Source of the DNA: Tubulanus polymorphus
Taxonomy: Eukaryota; Animalia; Nemertea
Direction of reading: 5' to 3'
Assembly (NCBI RefSeq): GCF_964204645.1
Contig: NC_134034.1
Span: 14,066,010-14,130,009, forward strand
DNA length: 64,000 bases
Positions 24,254 through 35,175 of the stretch are shown one piece after another. A model generated the notes under the pieces. It was not told the DNA's origin. It searched no databases and saw nothing but the letters and a program-made list of their open reading frames with translations. Each line of letters opens with the position of its first letter. The stretch's first letter is position 1. A program made the translations under genes and the position numbers.

Positions 24254-24472
24254 ATTCAGCACAGGAAAACAAGAATCACTCTAAGATTCAGCACAGGACA
24301 ACAAGGAATCAGTGTTTCACAATCACACTTTTTTGATTTAGCGCCGGACATCGGGAATCACTCCTGGATTCAGCACAGGACAACAAGGAATCAGTGTTTC
24401 ACAATCACACTTTTTTGATTTAGCGCCGGACATCGGGAATCACTCTTGGATTCAGCATGACATCAGGAATCA
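24254..24472 (+). repeat. ~80-bp higher-order tandem repeat (also ~48579-48800, ~59719-59941)
   Basis: Repeated GATTCAGCACAGGACAACAAGGAATCA / GATTTAGCGCCGGACATCGGGAATCA. Confidence 0.85.
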
Positions 24473-26583
24473 CTATAGCCTATGTGGAAATTCAAGATAA
24501 GTAACATTAATCTTTATTTATCAGTTGTTGAATTGATTTTAAGGGACCAATTTTATATTGTTTGTTATAAACCATGTTTTGAAATGAAATCTCAGAAACC
24601 TGTTGCATTTATTCAATCATTTCAAATTTCTTTGGAGAATATTTGACTATAATCAGTTCATGATTGGGATTGTTATTTCATTAAGCGGGTTTACAGGTTT
24701 TCTAAATTGTGGTCAACTCAAATGTTATTTTTAATCAATATGAAACTGGTTCCTGATGTCAATAATACAACTGTTATCAATCATGTTCCTTCGTGAGAAT
24801 CAGATCATGTGTATCTTGAGAGTTAGAATTTCTATAGATTAAACTGCTGTACTAATTTCATACTGATTGAACAGTTACAGATACATGTAACATTGTGTAC
24901 AGATACAGAGTACAGATCACTGCATTACTTCATCCTGTGATTGAACAGTGATTTAATCTTCTCTCATCTTCATTAGATTCCCATCCGTCTAACTAAAACA
25001 TCAGAACATTCAACTCACCTAACCACGGGGTTTGGGGAGGGTGGGTAGGTTTGGGGGAGGTATGGGGTGAGGGATGTAGGGGTGGTGGTAGGACTTTGGA
25101 GGGAGGGATATAGGGTGGGGTTTTAGGTACAGGTACAGGTGGTTTAGTCGTAGTTTTAGTCTTGAAGTTCAGGATATTTCAGAAAATGAGTCCCATCTTT
25201 TTATTATTCTAAGAAAGGATTAATCATTATGAAACACGTGACTGCAACATGTCATGTTTCAGTTGTTATGCATGACAAGCTGTATAACCATCGGCCAATT
25301 GGACTCGTTCTATTTTACTGGTTGTTATTTCTATGAGACCCGGGTTTGATCCCCGGTGAGTGCGCACGTAATTTCACCCTCACTTCTCTCAATCGTTATG
25401 AGATAATTGCCCCCAGATTTCTGAATTGGGACATTTCAATTTTTAGGGCCATTATTTAATGTGGTCAGGAATGAGAGATATATTTTGAATGATCACAAAC
25501 TGCTCCTTGGCTCCGATCAAAAAACGGTTTCATTAATAATTCAATGGCACAACAATCATACGTAATAATTACTGTTGATATCTGGCGGTTTACTGATACA
25601 TTTCCAGCTGAAAGATGTATTTTCTTCTGTGCTATTTTAAAAACGGCTGTAAATACTGAGAACTGTGTAGGACGACTTACAAAATTGTTGACGAGAGTCG
25701 AGATGCAGTCACATTCATCGCTGTTTCCTCTTTTTTCTGCAGATTCTTAGACAGAGACCTACTCTTCATTTTTGGAAGAAGGGTATAGAACTCATTAGAA
25801 TAAGTGATATGTTTTGTAATCACTTTTATTGACACACTTCTTCATTTGCCTTCATGGCACAGTATATCACTATTCATAGATATCCTTAATAATTAGTTAT
25901 CCTTTTCAAAAAGATGGGACACATTTTCTGAAATAAGCTGTACAATTTCTAGGTGGGACAAAGATTGACACGGAGATACTATTGTTCTATTATTATATTC
26001 ATTTTAGAATAGGATGATATTCTATTTCTACCTGTGACTTATAATTCTATTCTAGACAGAATTTAAGGGGCTGCGAACTAATTATACTTCTATCAGGAAA
26101 TATTTTACTGAATTTAAAAGCTGTAAATGATATTCAACCAGATGTAGTTTTTACAGTTAGGCTACGGCAATCTTCCTACTACAATGAGACTCTGATAAAG
26201 CGTGGGGGAGGTGTATCTAGTGTATTTTGCCATTTTTCACGATCATTTCAGTTTATGAAAGTTATTTCATCCTCCGCTGTTATTTAAAATATTATCAGTG
26301 CTCGATCAATTTGTCAGTTTATAGCTTTTAGACTTCGATCAATGCATCATTTTCCGGTAGACTCAAATTAGTCAGAATTATTTCAGACTTTATCAATTAG
26401 TACAAGATTTTGAGCCCATTCAGTGTGAACATAATTCTTCACTTTATTCTAGTGATGAGTGTTTAGTCCAATTCCCCTATTCAACATATGCAACGCTCAA
26501 TTTCTCATGTTATTTGCTAATCAAACCAGAGCCATAAAACTGACTTACCTTTAACGAGGGCCATGAGCTATATTTACCCTCCG

Positions 26584-26845
26584 TGGTCACCAAATCAGAA
26601 CCATAGACCAAACTTTGACTCTTTGGTCGCCAAAACAGGGCTATGAACCAAACTTTGACTATTTGGTCACTAAACCTGAGCCATGAACCAAACTTTGACT
26701 CTTTGGTCACCAAACCTGAGCCATGAACCAAACTTTGACTCTTTGGTCACTAAACCTGAGCCATGAACCAAACTTTGACTCTTTGGTCACCAAACCTGGG
26801 CTATGAACCAATATTTGACACTTAGGTCACTAAACCAAGGCCATA
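26584..26845 (+). repeat. 40-bp minisatellite (also 50862-51165, 61948-62050)
   Basis: Unit CCATGAACCAAACTTTGACTCTTTGGTCACYAAACCTGAG; copy number differs among paralogs. Confidence 0.92.
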
Positions 26846-28089
26846 AATGAAAGATTTAACGTTTTTTAAAGTTATTTCTGTTGCCCACATGACTCAATAT
26901 TTGAGAATGGAACAAATGACGTAGTTAATGAAAGATTCATCTGTATCAGTGTTGCTGCTGGTGCTGCTGATGCTGCTGCAGCTGCTGGTGCAACTAACAC
27001 AACCTTTTGCTGTTTGTCTCTAAAAGATTAAACTTAATCCCAGTCGGAACTGATGAGAATTTTAGTGAGACGACAAATAAGGAAAAGCCATATGAAAAAA
27101 TGTAAAGCGAATGCGTGAATAAAATAAAACAGCATGAAATGCTGATATAAAGAGTGGGGTCCGAGAGCAATTCGAAGGTTTAGTGTCCTGCACGCTTAGA
27201 GGGCGGGCAGGGGTCTATTCCTACCTCGACTCAAGTGCTAAAAGTCAGAGAAAAGAGTAAAAACGAAAAATGGCAAATGAAGGAAAAATGGCTGGAGTTT
27301 GATTTGTTCCACTGGGTTTAAGTGTTAACTTGAAAAGACAATCAAACAGATTATTTAATGACGTATATATTTTGCATCAGCAGTTTAAAAACATTGATTA
27401 ATAACTTTTATGAATAGGATTCCATAAACTACTTGCTTATATGAAACCTCTAGTAGAGAGTATTGAAATAGTCCACAATGGTTTCATTTAGTGACGTCAT
27501 GTTGAATTGGTGAAGCAACATAAATAGCATTAATTGTTTTGATCTCAGCCATCATTCTTGTCCTTGGTTTGTGTTTGCCCTTCTCACAACATTTTGTGAG
27601 TGTGGAGGTTTGGTTCGGGTTTATTTCCTTGGTTCGGGTGAACCCTCCATATACCTCCCCCTCCCTTACAACATTAGGTTCCTCAGGTTTGGTTTGATGT
27701 TTTGTAGATAAAACCTCTACAACTCAAACTCGCATCATTTGATGAAATGAAATCTGTTTACAGACGACTGCTGCAACTTGTCGTGAAACTGAGATATATT
27801 GTGAATACTTATTAGAAGGAGTAGAAATAATAGGAATAATGTGATGAAATTGATAAAGAAATCATCTGTAAAAATGAAGCCATGTGATTTTCAAGACCAA
27901 CCCAGGCATGTGATCATTTGAGGTCATCTGAATGCCTCCAAAATGTGTAGAGACAGTATCTGTGAGTCGCATCAATGATGCAATTGATTAAGGATTTTGA
28001 TTTATAAATGAAATTGATATGATCGTGAAAAATGGCAAATCGTTTTGTAGTTATTGTACAGATGTGTGGTGTGTGAAGAGGAGACAAGA

Positions 28090-28440
28090 GAGTTGAGGAG
28101 GCATTGAGGTAGGGCTAGGTGGGAGGGCATTGAGGGAGGGCCAGGTGGGAGGGCATTGAGAGAGTTGAGGAGGCATTGAGGTAGGGCTAGGTGGGAGGGC
28201 ATTGAGGGAGGGCCAGGTGGGAGGGCATTGAGAGAGTTGAGGAGACATTGAGGTAGGGCTAGGCGGGAGGGCATTGAGGGAGGGCCAGGTGGGGGGGGGG
28301 CATTGAGGGAGGGCTAGGGTATGGGCGGGAGGGAAGAAAGCGGGAGGGAAGGGGTGAGGGAGGGAAGGAGGCGGGAGGGAAGGGGCGAGGGAGGGAAGGA
28401 GGGCGTGAGGGATCGGGTCTGGGAGGGTTGGGTCGGGAGG
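28090..28440 (+). repeat. G-rich minisatellite (also 52410-52649, 63288-63635; left-hand tracts 25027-25120, 49240-49395, 60497-60721)
   Basis: 26-bp unit GGGAGGGCATTGAGGGAGGGCCAGGT, then GGGAGGGAAGGGG repeats. Dense G3+ runs on the + strand. Confidence 0.92.
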
Positions 28441-28893
28441 TTAGATGAGTTGAAACGTTCTGATGTTTTAGTTAGACGGATGGGAATCTAATGAAGATGA
28501 GAGAACATTAAATCACTGTTCAATCACAGGATGAAGTAATGCAGTGATCTGTACTCTGTATCTGTACACAATGTTACATGTATCTGTAACTGTTCAATCA
28601 GTATGAAATAAGTACAGCAGTTTAATCTACAGAAATCCTGTACTGTTTCTGTCTGATTGATTGATAATTTGAGATGTTACATTCTGCTCTTTTGCCACTG
28701 ATTATTGTTTCTTTTTCTTTTCAGAATGAAATGAATGCAATATAATTTACTATTTAAACAGGCTCATTTAAGGTAAGTATAAAACTGGTAATGAATTTCT
28801 CCACAGAATTCTTCACAGTCTCTGTTGATATTTTGAATTATTTTTGAACTAAAAATTACTGTTTTACTCTCAGTTACAGGATGAGATACACAC

Positions 28894-29108
28894 CGCAGCA
28901 GCAGCAACAGCAGCACTGGCAGTACCCGCAGTACCAGCACCATGCAGCAACAGCGCCACCAGCAGCTGCAACAGCAGCACTGGCAGTACCCGCAGTACCA
29001 GCACCATGCAGCAACAGCGCCACCAGCAGCTGCAACAGCAGCACTGGCAGTACCTGCAGTACCAGCACCATGCAGCAACAGCGCCACCAGCAGCTGCAGC
29101 AGCAGCAG
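28894..29108 (+). repeat. 64-bp CAG-rich minisatellite (also 53098-53368)
   Basis: Unit CAGCAGCACTGGCAGTACCCGCAGTACCAGCACCATGCAGCAACAGCGCCACCAGCAGCTGCAA; period 64 (28911 to 28975). Confidence 0.92.
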
Positions 29109-30009
29109 GTAAAACCTGTTTGGAAATTCATTATTTTTAGAGAACTGTTCTATATAAATTATTCTATCTGTTTATGTTTCCAGCATTCAATCACTCAAAG
29201 ATCACGGCTTAGTTTGATTTGGTGTGAAACTGCTCTTATTTCATAACAGCTTCACTGACAATTTCTAAAATTTGTATTTAGGAGCTGAAATAACTGGAAC
29301 CCTTGATAGAATCTGTGAACAGTAAACATTGGGAATTCACTTCACATTTGTTTAAGATGGACATCGCTTTAGATCCTCAAAACCAATACGGTACCGGTAA
29401 ATATCTCTACAGATTCTAGTCTCTGTTTGACTGTACATTTATAAACTCATTTTCTGATTAGAAGCTACATTAATCAGTGAAGGCGAATTTTCAATCACTT
29501 CTATTCTGGTCAAAGTTCGAATCATCAAAATTATACAACTTTTGTATTCTAGGGTCCAAAATAAAGCTGAACTTGCAGTTAACATTGCGCTCCACAAATC
29601 AATCAAGTCAGAAGCGGTGAGTTTTATATCGATTTATTGCAGTAATTTGTGGTGATCTTCAAATCAAGTCCAGAAAATGATGTTTTGATCGGTCAATGTT
29701 GGCAGGTATCAACGTTTTACTTGAGGACGCAGTCTAAAGCTACCATCAAACCTCTCAGAAATCTGCATATACTCAACACATTGTGATAAACTACTCATTA
29801 ACCTGGTAGGTTTTCTGTCAATCGAACACAAACAAGTTGCAGTTTTTGGTTTACCTTTGTCAGCAGTATGAGGTTGGCATTGAGCCAATTCATGTAAAAT
29901 CGCGGTACGTTTTTTTATGTGAGCATTTTTTGCATTGGTTCTCGGGTTAAACGACGTATAATCGATGCGATTGAAGACATGACGAACCTCCGTCGATGAC
30001 ATGGTCAAC

Positions 30010-30190
30010 TCTGTTTAAATTCGACGAAAAACTGTTTTTGGCGGGAAAATTCTTAGCTCTTGCGTATAAAATTGCAATGACCTCGATTGGGGGGCGTCGT
30101 CTCTACGAGCGAATGTGATTGGCTGTTTTTGGGATACACGGGGAATTCCGGCCCTACTAAAATAATTATGGGGAAGCCATTTATGGCGAA
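30010..30190. promoter_or_regulatory. CpG-rich promoter-like block present only in unit B copy 1
   Basis: TTTGGCGGGAAA (E2F-like, 30037), two GATTGG (30085, 30117), GGGAATTCC (30141). Confidence 0.4.
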
Positions 30191-30663
30191 CGTTTCATTG
30201 AACTAAGTGCGAATTTTAAATGCTCATTGCTGGTGAGAATATAATTATTTCACATATCGCCATAGGTATTGTTTCGTTTTAATACCCATTGATTGAGATT
30301 GAAGTGAAGCGAGCGTTCACTACACAAGGCCTCCACGTGCGCGGGACGGGAGTGCTAAACATTAGACTGTTGCACACAAACACACGCTCATACAGACTAC
30401 TATATGGAGATGCTGTAACGCTGCTTGGCGCGTGCACGTTTTGTATGATAACAGGCTGAATAATCGTCATAGCAGAAGATGAGCGCTGTGTTTTCTGTTT
30501 GATAGAAGTTGTAAGAAATTGTAATTTCTTGTGACCTGAAAATACTAAGCAGCAAACTATAGGTATAGGTCGAGGTCTGAATATTGTAGCGGTAAATTCC
30601 AAGATTCAAAACGATCTAATACTACGCCCCGGTGTTTTAGCTTCCGCGGCCATACAATATTGG

Positions 30664-31121
30664 CAGGCGCCGATCCAGGGCCATACAGTGACTACAGCAC
30701 AGTGAAAAAGGGCACCAACTGAAAAGGGCCAGTATTAATGCCCAGCGAGCGAGTTTGAGTTTGAGTGCAATCGTATCATGCCACTAAATGTGTCTTCACA
30801 TTCAATTCGCTTTTAGCCTTTTTTAGGTATTTGGTCAAAATTTGCCATTTCTCGATTAAATTTATAGAGCGACAATAATTTATTTTTTAGAATAGTGCCC
30901 TTTTGAGTAAAAAATGCCTTAGATTGCCTTTTATGATTTTGGGCAATTTATTTCATCCACATTTCGCTTTAGGCCTTGTACAGAAAGGCAATTATTTTTT
31001 ATGACGCACAAATTGTGTGCCCTTTTATTTACTTTTTTCCCGAAACATAAATTTTTCAAGGGCATTTGAAAACTGCGACTACCGCACGTGCTGCATGTGC
31101 GATAGTCTGGATCCGCACCTG
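30664..31121. mobile_element. hAT-like MITE with 5-bp TSD (hAT5-like), 458 bp
   Basis: ATTGG|CAGGCGCCGATCCAG...CTGGATCCGCACCTG|ATTGG, with internal AGGGCAC/GTGCCCT motifs. Confidence 0.85.
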
Positions 31122-33635
31122 ATTGGAAGAGGTTTCGTTTCCAAGACTCAATATTCAGCCACCCTCTGATATGTGACATCATATGAATTTTATTTGAATA
31201 TTTTTTCATATTGTGAAATTATTTTTTTTAAATATAAAATAGTTTCCAATGCCGCGTCTATCTGTACCCTACGAAATTTTGGACGTAGACCATAAACAAA
31301 TGTTTATCTTTGGTCTTATTTGACTACAAAATAATTCTTTAAGAAAAATAAAATACAATATAAACTTGTAGAACTTTGAAGTCACGAATTAAAAAGATTT
31401 TTTCAAGCAATGCCCTTACTCGAAACAACCTCTAGCTTTCAAGGTAAACCACACTTTGCCCATGGGCAATTTATTATCTATTTCATTAACCATTTTCTGG
31501 CATAATTTTCTCTTTCCAGAATGCAATACGCCCAACACTTTTTGGAACTGGAGAAATTAAAAATATTCACCTTCAAAGAGTAAAGAAGCTCTAGTTGCTG
31601 AAGCTGCTGCTATCGTTTTAAGAATTTATTTTCTCAGAAAATCATCAGTTCTCTTAACTTCATGACATTATTACTGTTGGAAGTGAAATCCTGCTAGATG
31701 GCACTGAACTAATCTGATATGAGTTTAGAAATGGTGAGTCTTTCATCACTCCACTGTGCTCTAATTTCATTATATTCTAACATTTAATTATTCTGTACAG
31801 AATTTTTATGTGTGATTCTCCGGGAAGCAGTGCGGCTGATGCTGCTGCGGCTGATGCTGCTTAATTCTGCTCAACACCAGTTTGAAAATGATTGATTTTC
31901 TAATAGAATTTAGCCCCAATTTCCGACTGCTATAAATACGTTACTTTTTCATAGTATGATGATTTTTTGCAGCATGAAATTTGTCCAATTGAACAGTTTG
32001 AAAATTGACCAAAGATTGAATAATGGTGTTGAATTATCTAGAATTATAAGGTAATGATAAATTCTAGTTTCCGAAATATTTCATGAAAACAATAATTCCC
32101 ACTTGACTGTTAATTCAATCGAACATTTTCAATGTAATATTTGCTGACACAGGTTTTCTCTATTCTAGGACGAAGTAGGGATCGGGACCAATTTGCCATT
32201 TGACAGGGACAGGGACCAGCCATCTACCTGGAGATTGATATGCTGCCACTTATTTCAGATCTGCAATTTTTAAGTTTAAAGCCAAATGAATATTGTTTAT
32301 CTGTGCCGACCGGCACGGGCAGCCTACTGTTTGTGATGGTTTGATAGACTGTGTATCACATATCCATAAAAACAATAGAGTCATCCCCTGATTCGTCTCT
32401 CAAAGCTGTGGTGTCATTTTTGCTAATAGAATAATAGCCTGACTCGGGCATAGAATATATGATTTAAACCCTGTTATATGCAAATTTAAGGCAAAATTCA
32501 TTTATCAAGAATCAAAGTAATAAAAGTATAATGAAGAAATAACTAGAACAACCTATACGAACAAAATAACAAAACCTCTCAACCTTAGCACTGAACACTC
32601 GCTTTACTTTCCTAATTAACTTGTTTTTCCCTGTTTTAGTTATTCTTCAGACTTGATGATGGTCTCTACAGAGACTCCAAAATGTTGTCTCTTTTATTTC
32701 TATTAAGTTTCTATATAGGCCTAGTGGGTTTTAAAGTTTTAGGGAAAATTGAAATTGAAGATTAAATGTAGCTGTAAAGCAGCGATAACTGGTTGCATTA
32801 GTTTGTAATTGTTTGTACCCCACGACCCAGTTTTATTGGTTTGGTTTTGTAAAAAATTGTATGATACACATATTGTATAATGATGTAATATGGACATGTT
32901 ATGACAAGTCACTCAATCAATGAAACCATAAAGTTGAAATATCGACAGGTTTTCTTTATTATGGGACTATAATATTTCGTGTGAACTGTTGTTCTGTTTT
33001 ATTTGAAATAAAGATGAATTTTCTGTGTTGTTTTAGTTGTGATTACAGACGCCAGCAGTTTCACACACACTCAGTGCGTCACACGTAAATCCCACGGGTT
33101 CAGTTTCATAGAAATAATTAACTCAAAAAAACTTTACTCAATTCGACTTTACCGTCTCAATAAATGAATATTTTTGAAGAAACTGAGCCTAGGGTACAGT
33201 TTCACGAACCAATTGCGTTCAAACATTTTATTTTGAAGAAAAAATTAAATCCCTAGTTGAAATTGATTCATCCTTTCTCTGTGAAACTGGACACTCGCTA
33301 TTCAGTGTGCGAAACTGCAGCATCTAAATCTGATTGAAACCCGCATCATAAACCAAATCCTACCGACGGATTAATTATCATCAAAGATTTGTGAGATTTG
33401 ATCAATTTCTTCGCAAATTCATTAAAAAAATGGATCGTTTTTTGTGAAACTGCGACCCCTGGTGTCCACTCGAGGGATTCATTTATTCTTTTTTACCCTG
33501 GTATGCGAGGGTTTCAATACGATGGTCCAACTACTATTCTTAAAAAGGCAGGTGCGTTACATGACAATGAGGAATAAATGTAGATAAATTTTGCTGTAAG
33601 TCGTGTTTACGTTATTTTCTCATTTTTCGAGAAAC

Positions 33636-33797
33636 GGTCATTCATTTATTACGTACGCATTAGGGGAGGGGGAGGGGTCAGTGCAATTGCGTACTGTAAT
33701 GCTTAATGTATATGAGAAAATGGCCGATTTTGCGTACAGAAGGGGAGGGGGGTTGAAAATTTCAAATTTTATGCGTACGTAATAAATGAATGATCCC
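33636..33797. mobile_element. 162-bp MITE, 3-bp TSD (PIF/Harbinger-like)
   Basis: TIRs GGTCATTCATTTATTACGTACGCAT / ATGCGTACGTAATAAATGAATGATCCC. TSD AAC. Empty site at ~21217 (cgagaAACaacctag). Confidence 0.88.
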
Positions 33798-35048
33798 AAC
33801 AACCTAGAATAATGCTGGGTTCGAACCCGGGACACCCCTGTACATCATCTAATCAGCATCAGGACCTTTCTGAACCAGTATCAGTAATTACTGAGTTCGA
33901 ACCCGGGATACCCCTGTACATCCTCCATTCAGCATCAGGACCAATCAGAATCAGTACCAATAGACCGGATTTGAACCCGGGATGCCCCTCTACATCCTCT
34001 ATTCAGCATCAGGAACACTCTGAATCAGTTATCAGTAATTACTTTTGTTAAGATATCAACATTTTACCGTACGGTGCTGCCTCTATGCTTATCGGTAGCG
34101 GGATTTTCATACACTAACGTTAGTCAACTCTGGCAAGCAAGGGTAACGGAGTATAACTGGACAGCACGACGATTGCCAGAGTTGACTTCAGTTAGTGTAC
34201 GGAAATCCCGCTAACGATGAGCATAGCGGCAGCACCGTACGGTCGGGACACCCCTGTACATCCTCTATCCAGCATCAGGACAACTTGGACCACTACTGAG
34301 TTCGAACCCGGGACACCCCTGTACATCATCTAATCAGCATCGGGACCTCTCTGAACCAGTATCAGTAATTACTGGGTTCGAACGCGGGACACCCCGTACC
34401 CATTATGATGCGATTAGACACGTGATCGATGGTCGTCCTCATTTAGAAGATGAATTTAATTGTGAAACATGGTCATAACCCGGCGATCAATGTCTCGACT
34501 AAAACCGTGTCTATATCGATATTTGTACTGTTAATCGTCGTATTAACGGATACATCTTCTTTACGATAACCTACAACGATACGATTTCAAACTGTGTTCT
34601 ACCCGTACTCGTAGTAGGCCTAACTACCAATTTCATGTTGTTTGGAGCCATTTTAGGACAGTGTAACTTCAACCTAGAGCGATTTCACCCACCCCGAGTG
34701 CTACTTGATAAAAAGTCCTGTGTATCAAGTTTAATCGTAATCGGTCCATTGGGTCAAGAGATATAGATATTTATCCAAAGCGACACCTATGGAAAAGAGT
34801 GGAAATTGTTGCATACCAACCTTAAAATAGATATTGTGGTTTTTATATATATTGAATAATGTCACCAACTCTTTTATTCATTTAGAAATAAACTACTGTA
34901 TTGAGCGAAGTATCTTTTAAATAAAGTGGCCTCTAAGGAAAAAGCAAATATTTGTGTTCAAAATATATAAGTTAGTATAGAATCTATTGACCAAAAAATA
35001 ACCCGAGTCAAACAGATGATCATCGTACTACAAATACCTCGCTGGGCC

Positions 35049-35175
35049 AAAAATTAGCACCAACCTGAGGCACTAACCCTAACCCTAGATCGACCGTAAC
35101 CCTAAACCTAGCAGGACTCGAACCTGCGAACTCCAGCATGCCAGCCGAGCACGCTAACCACTAGACCGCTGAGTT
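35049..35175 (-). ncRNA. tRNA-like/TTAGGG element, copy 2
   Basis: Paralog; the first G-tract is mutated (TAGGTTTAGGG). Confidence 0.55.

Larger units (their letters stand above)
24828..28636. repeat. ~197-bp inverted repeats (24828-25024 / 28439-28636) bracketing 3.4 kb
   Basis: ATTTCTATAGATTAAACTGCTGTAC...CAACTCACCTAACC is the reverse complement of GGTTAGATGAGTTG...GTACAGCAGTTTAATCTACAGAAAT, with few mismatches. Confidence 0.95.
23170..33030 (+). ncRNA. Putative multi-exon non-coding gene of unit B (paralogs from ~47490 and ~58630)
   Basis: Donor GT at 23286, 23528, 24144, 25356, 28773, 29109, 29617, 31734 and 32051, mostly GTAAGT/GTGAGT. Pyrimidine-AG acceptors end at 23361, 23575, 24069, 24221, 25742, 28724, 28879, 29183, 31519, 31800, 32168 and 32650. 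AATAAA at 33007. Exon 28725-28772 is closed in all three frames. Confidence 0.5.
21158..33574. repeat. Unit B copy 1 (~12.4 kb)
   Basis: The start landmark taaatatagataaattttgctgtaagtcgtg recurs at 33575 and 56328. Internal ORFs recur (23672/47998/59138; 25544/49818). Confidence 0.95.

Noticed and set aside
27841-27931. Box C/D snoRNA (GTGATGA...CTGA)
   Set aside because: No terminal stem, no clear C'/D', and only ~10 nt of possible rRNA complementarity. The short predicted introns I checked had no C/D pairs, so a snoRNA-host model is unsupported.
28764-29246. PolyQ/Ala/Cys-rich ORFs (also 52968-53487) and Pro-rich ORFs at 28002, 52233 and 63112
   Set aside because: Derived from 64-bp and 26-bp repeats whose periods are not multiples of three.
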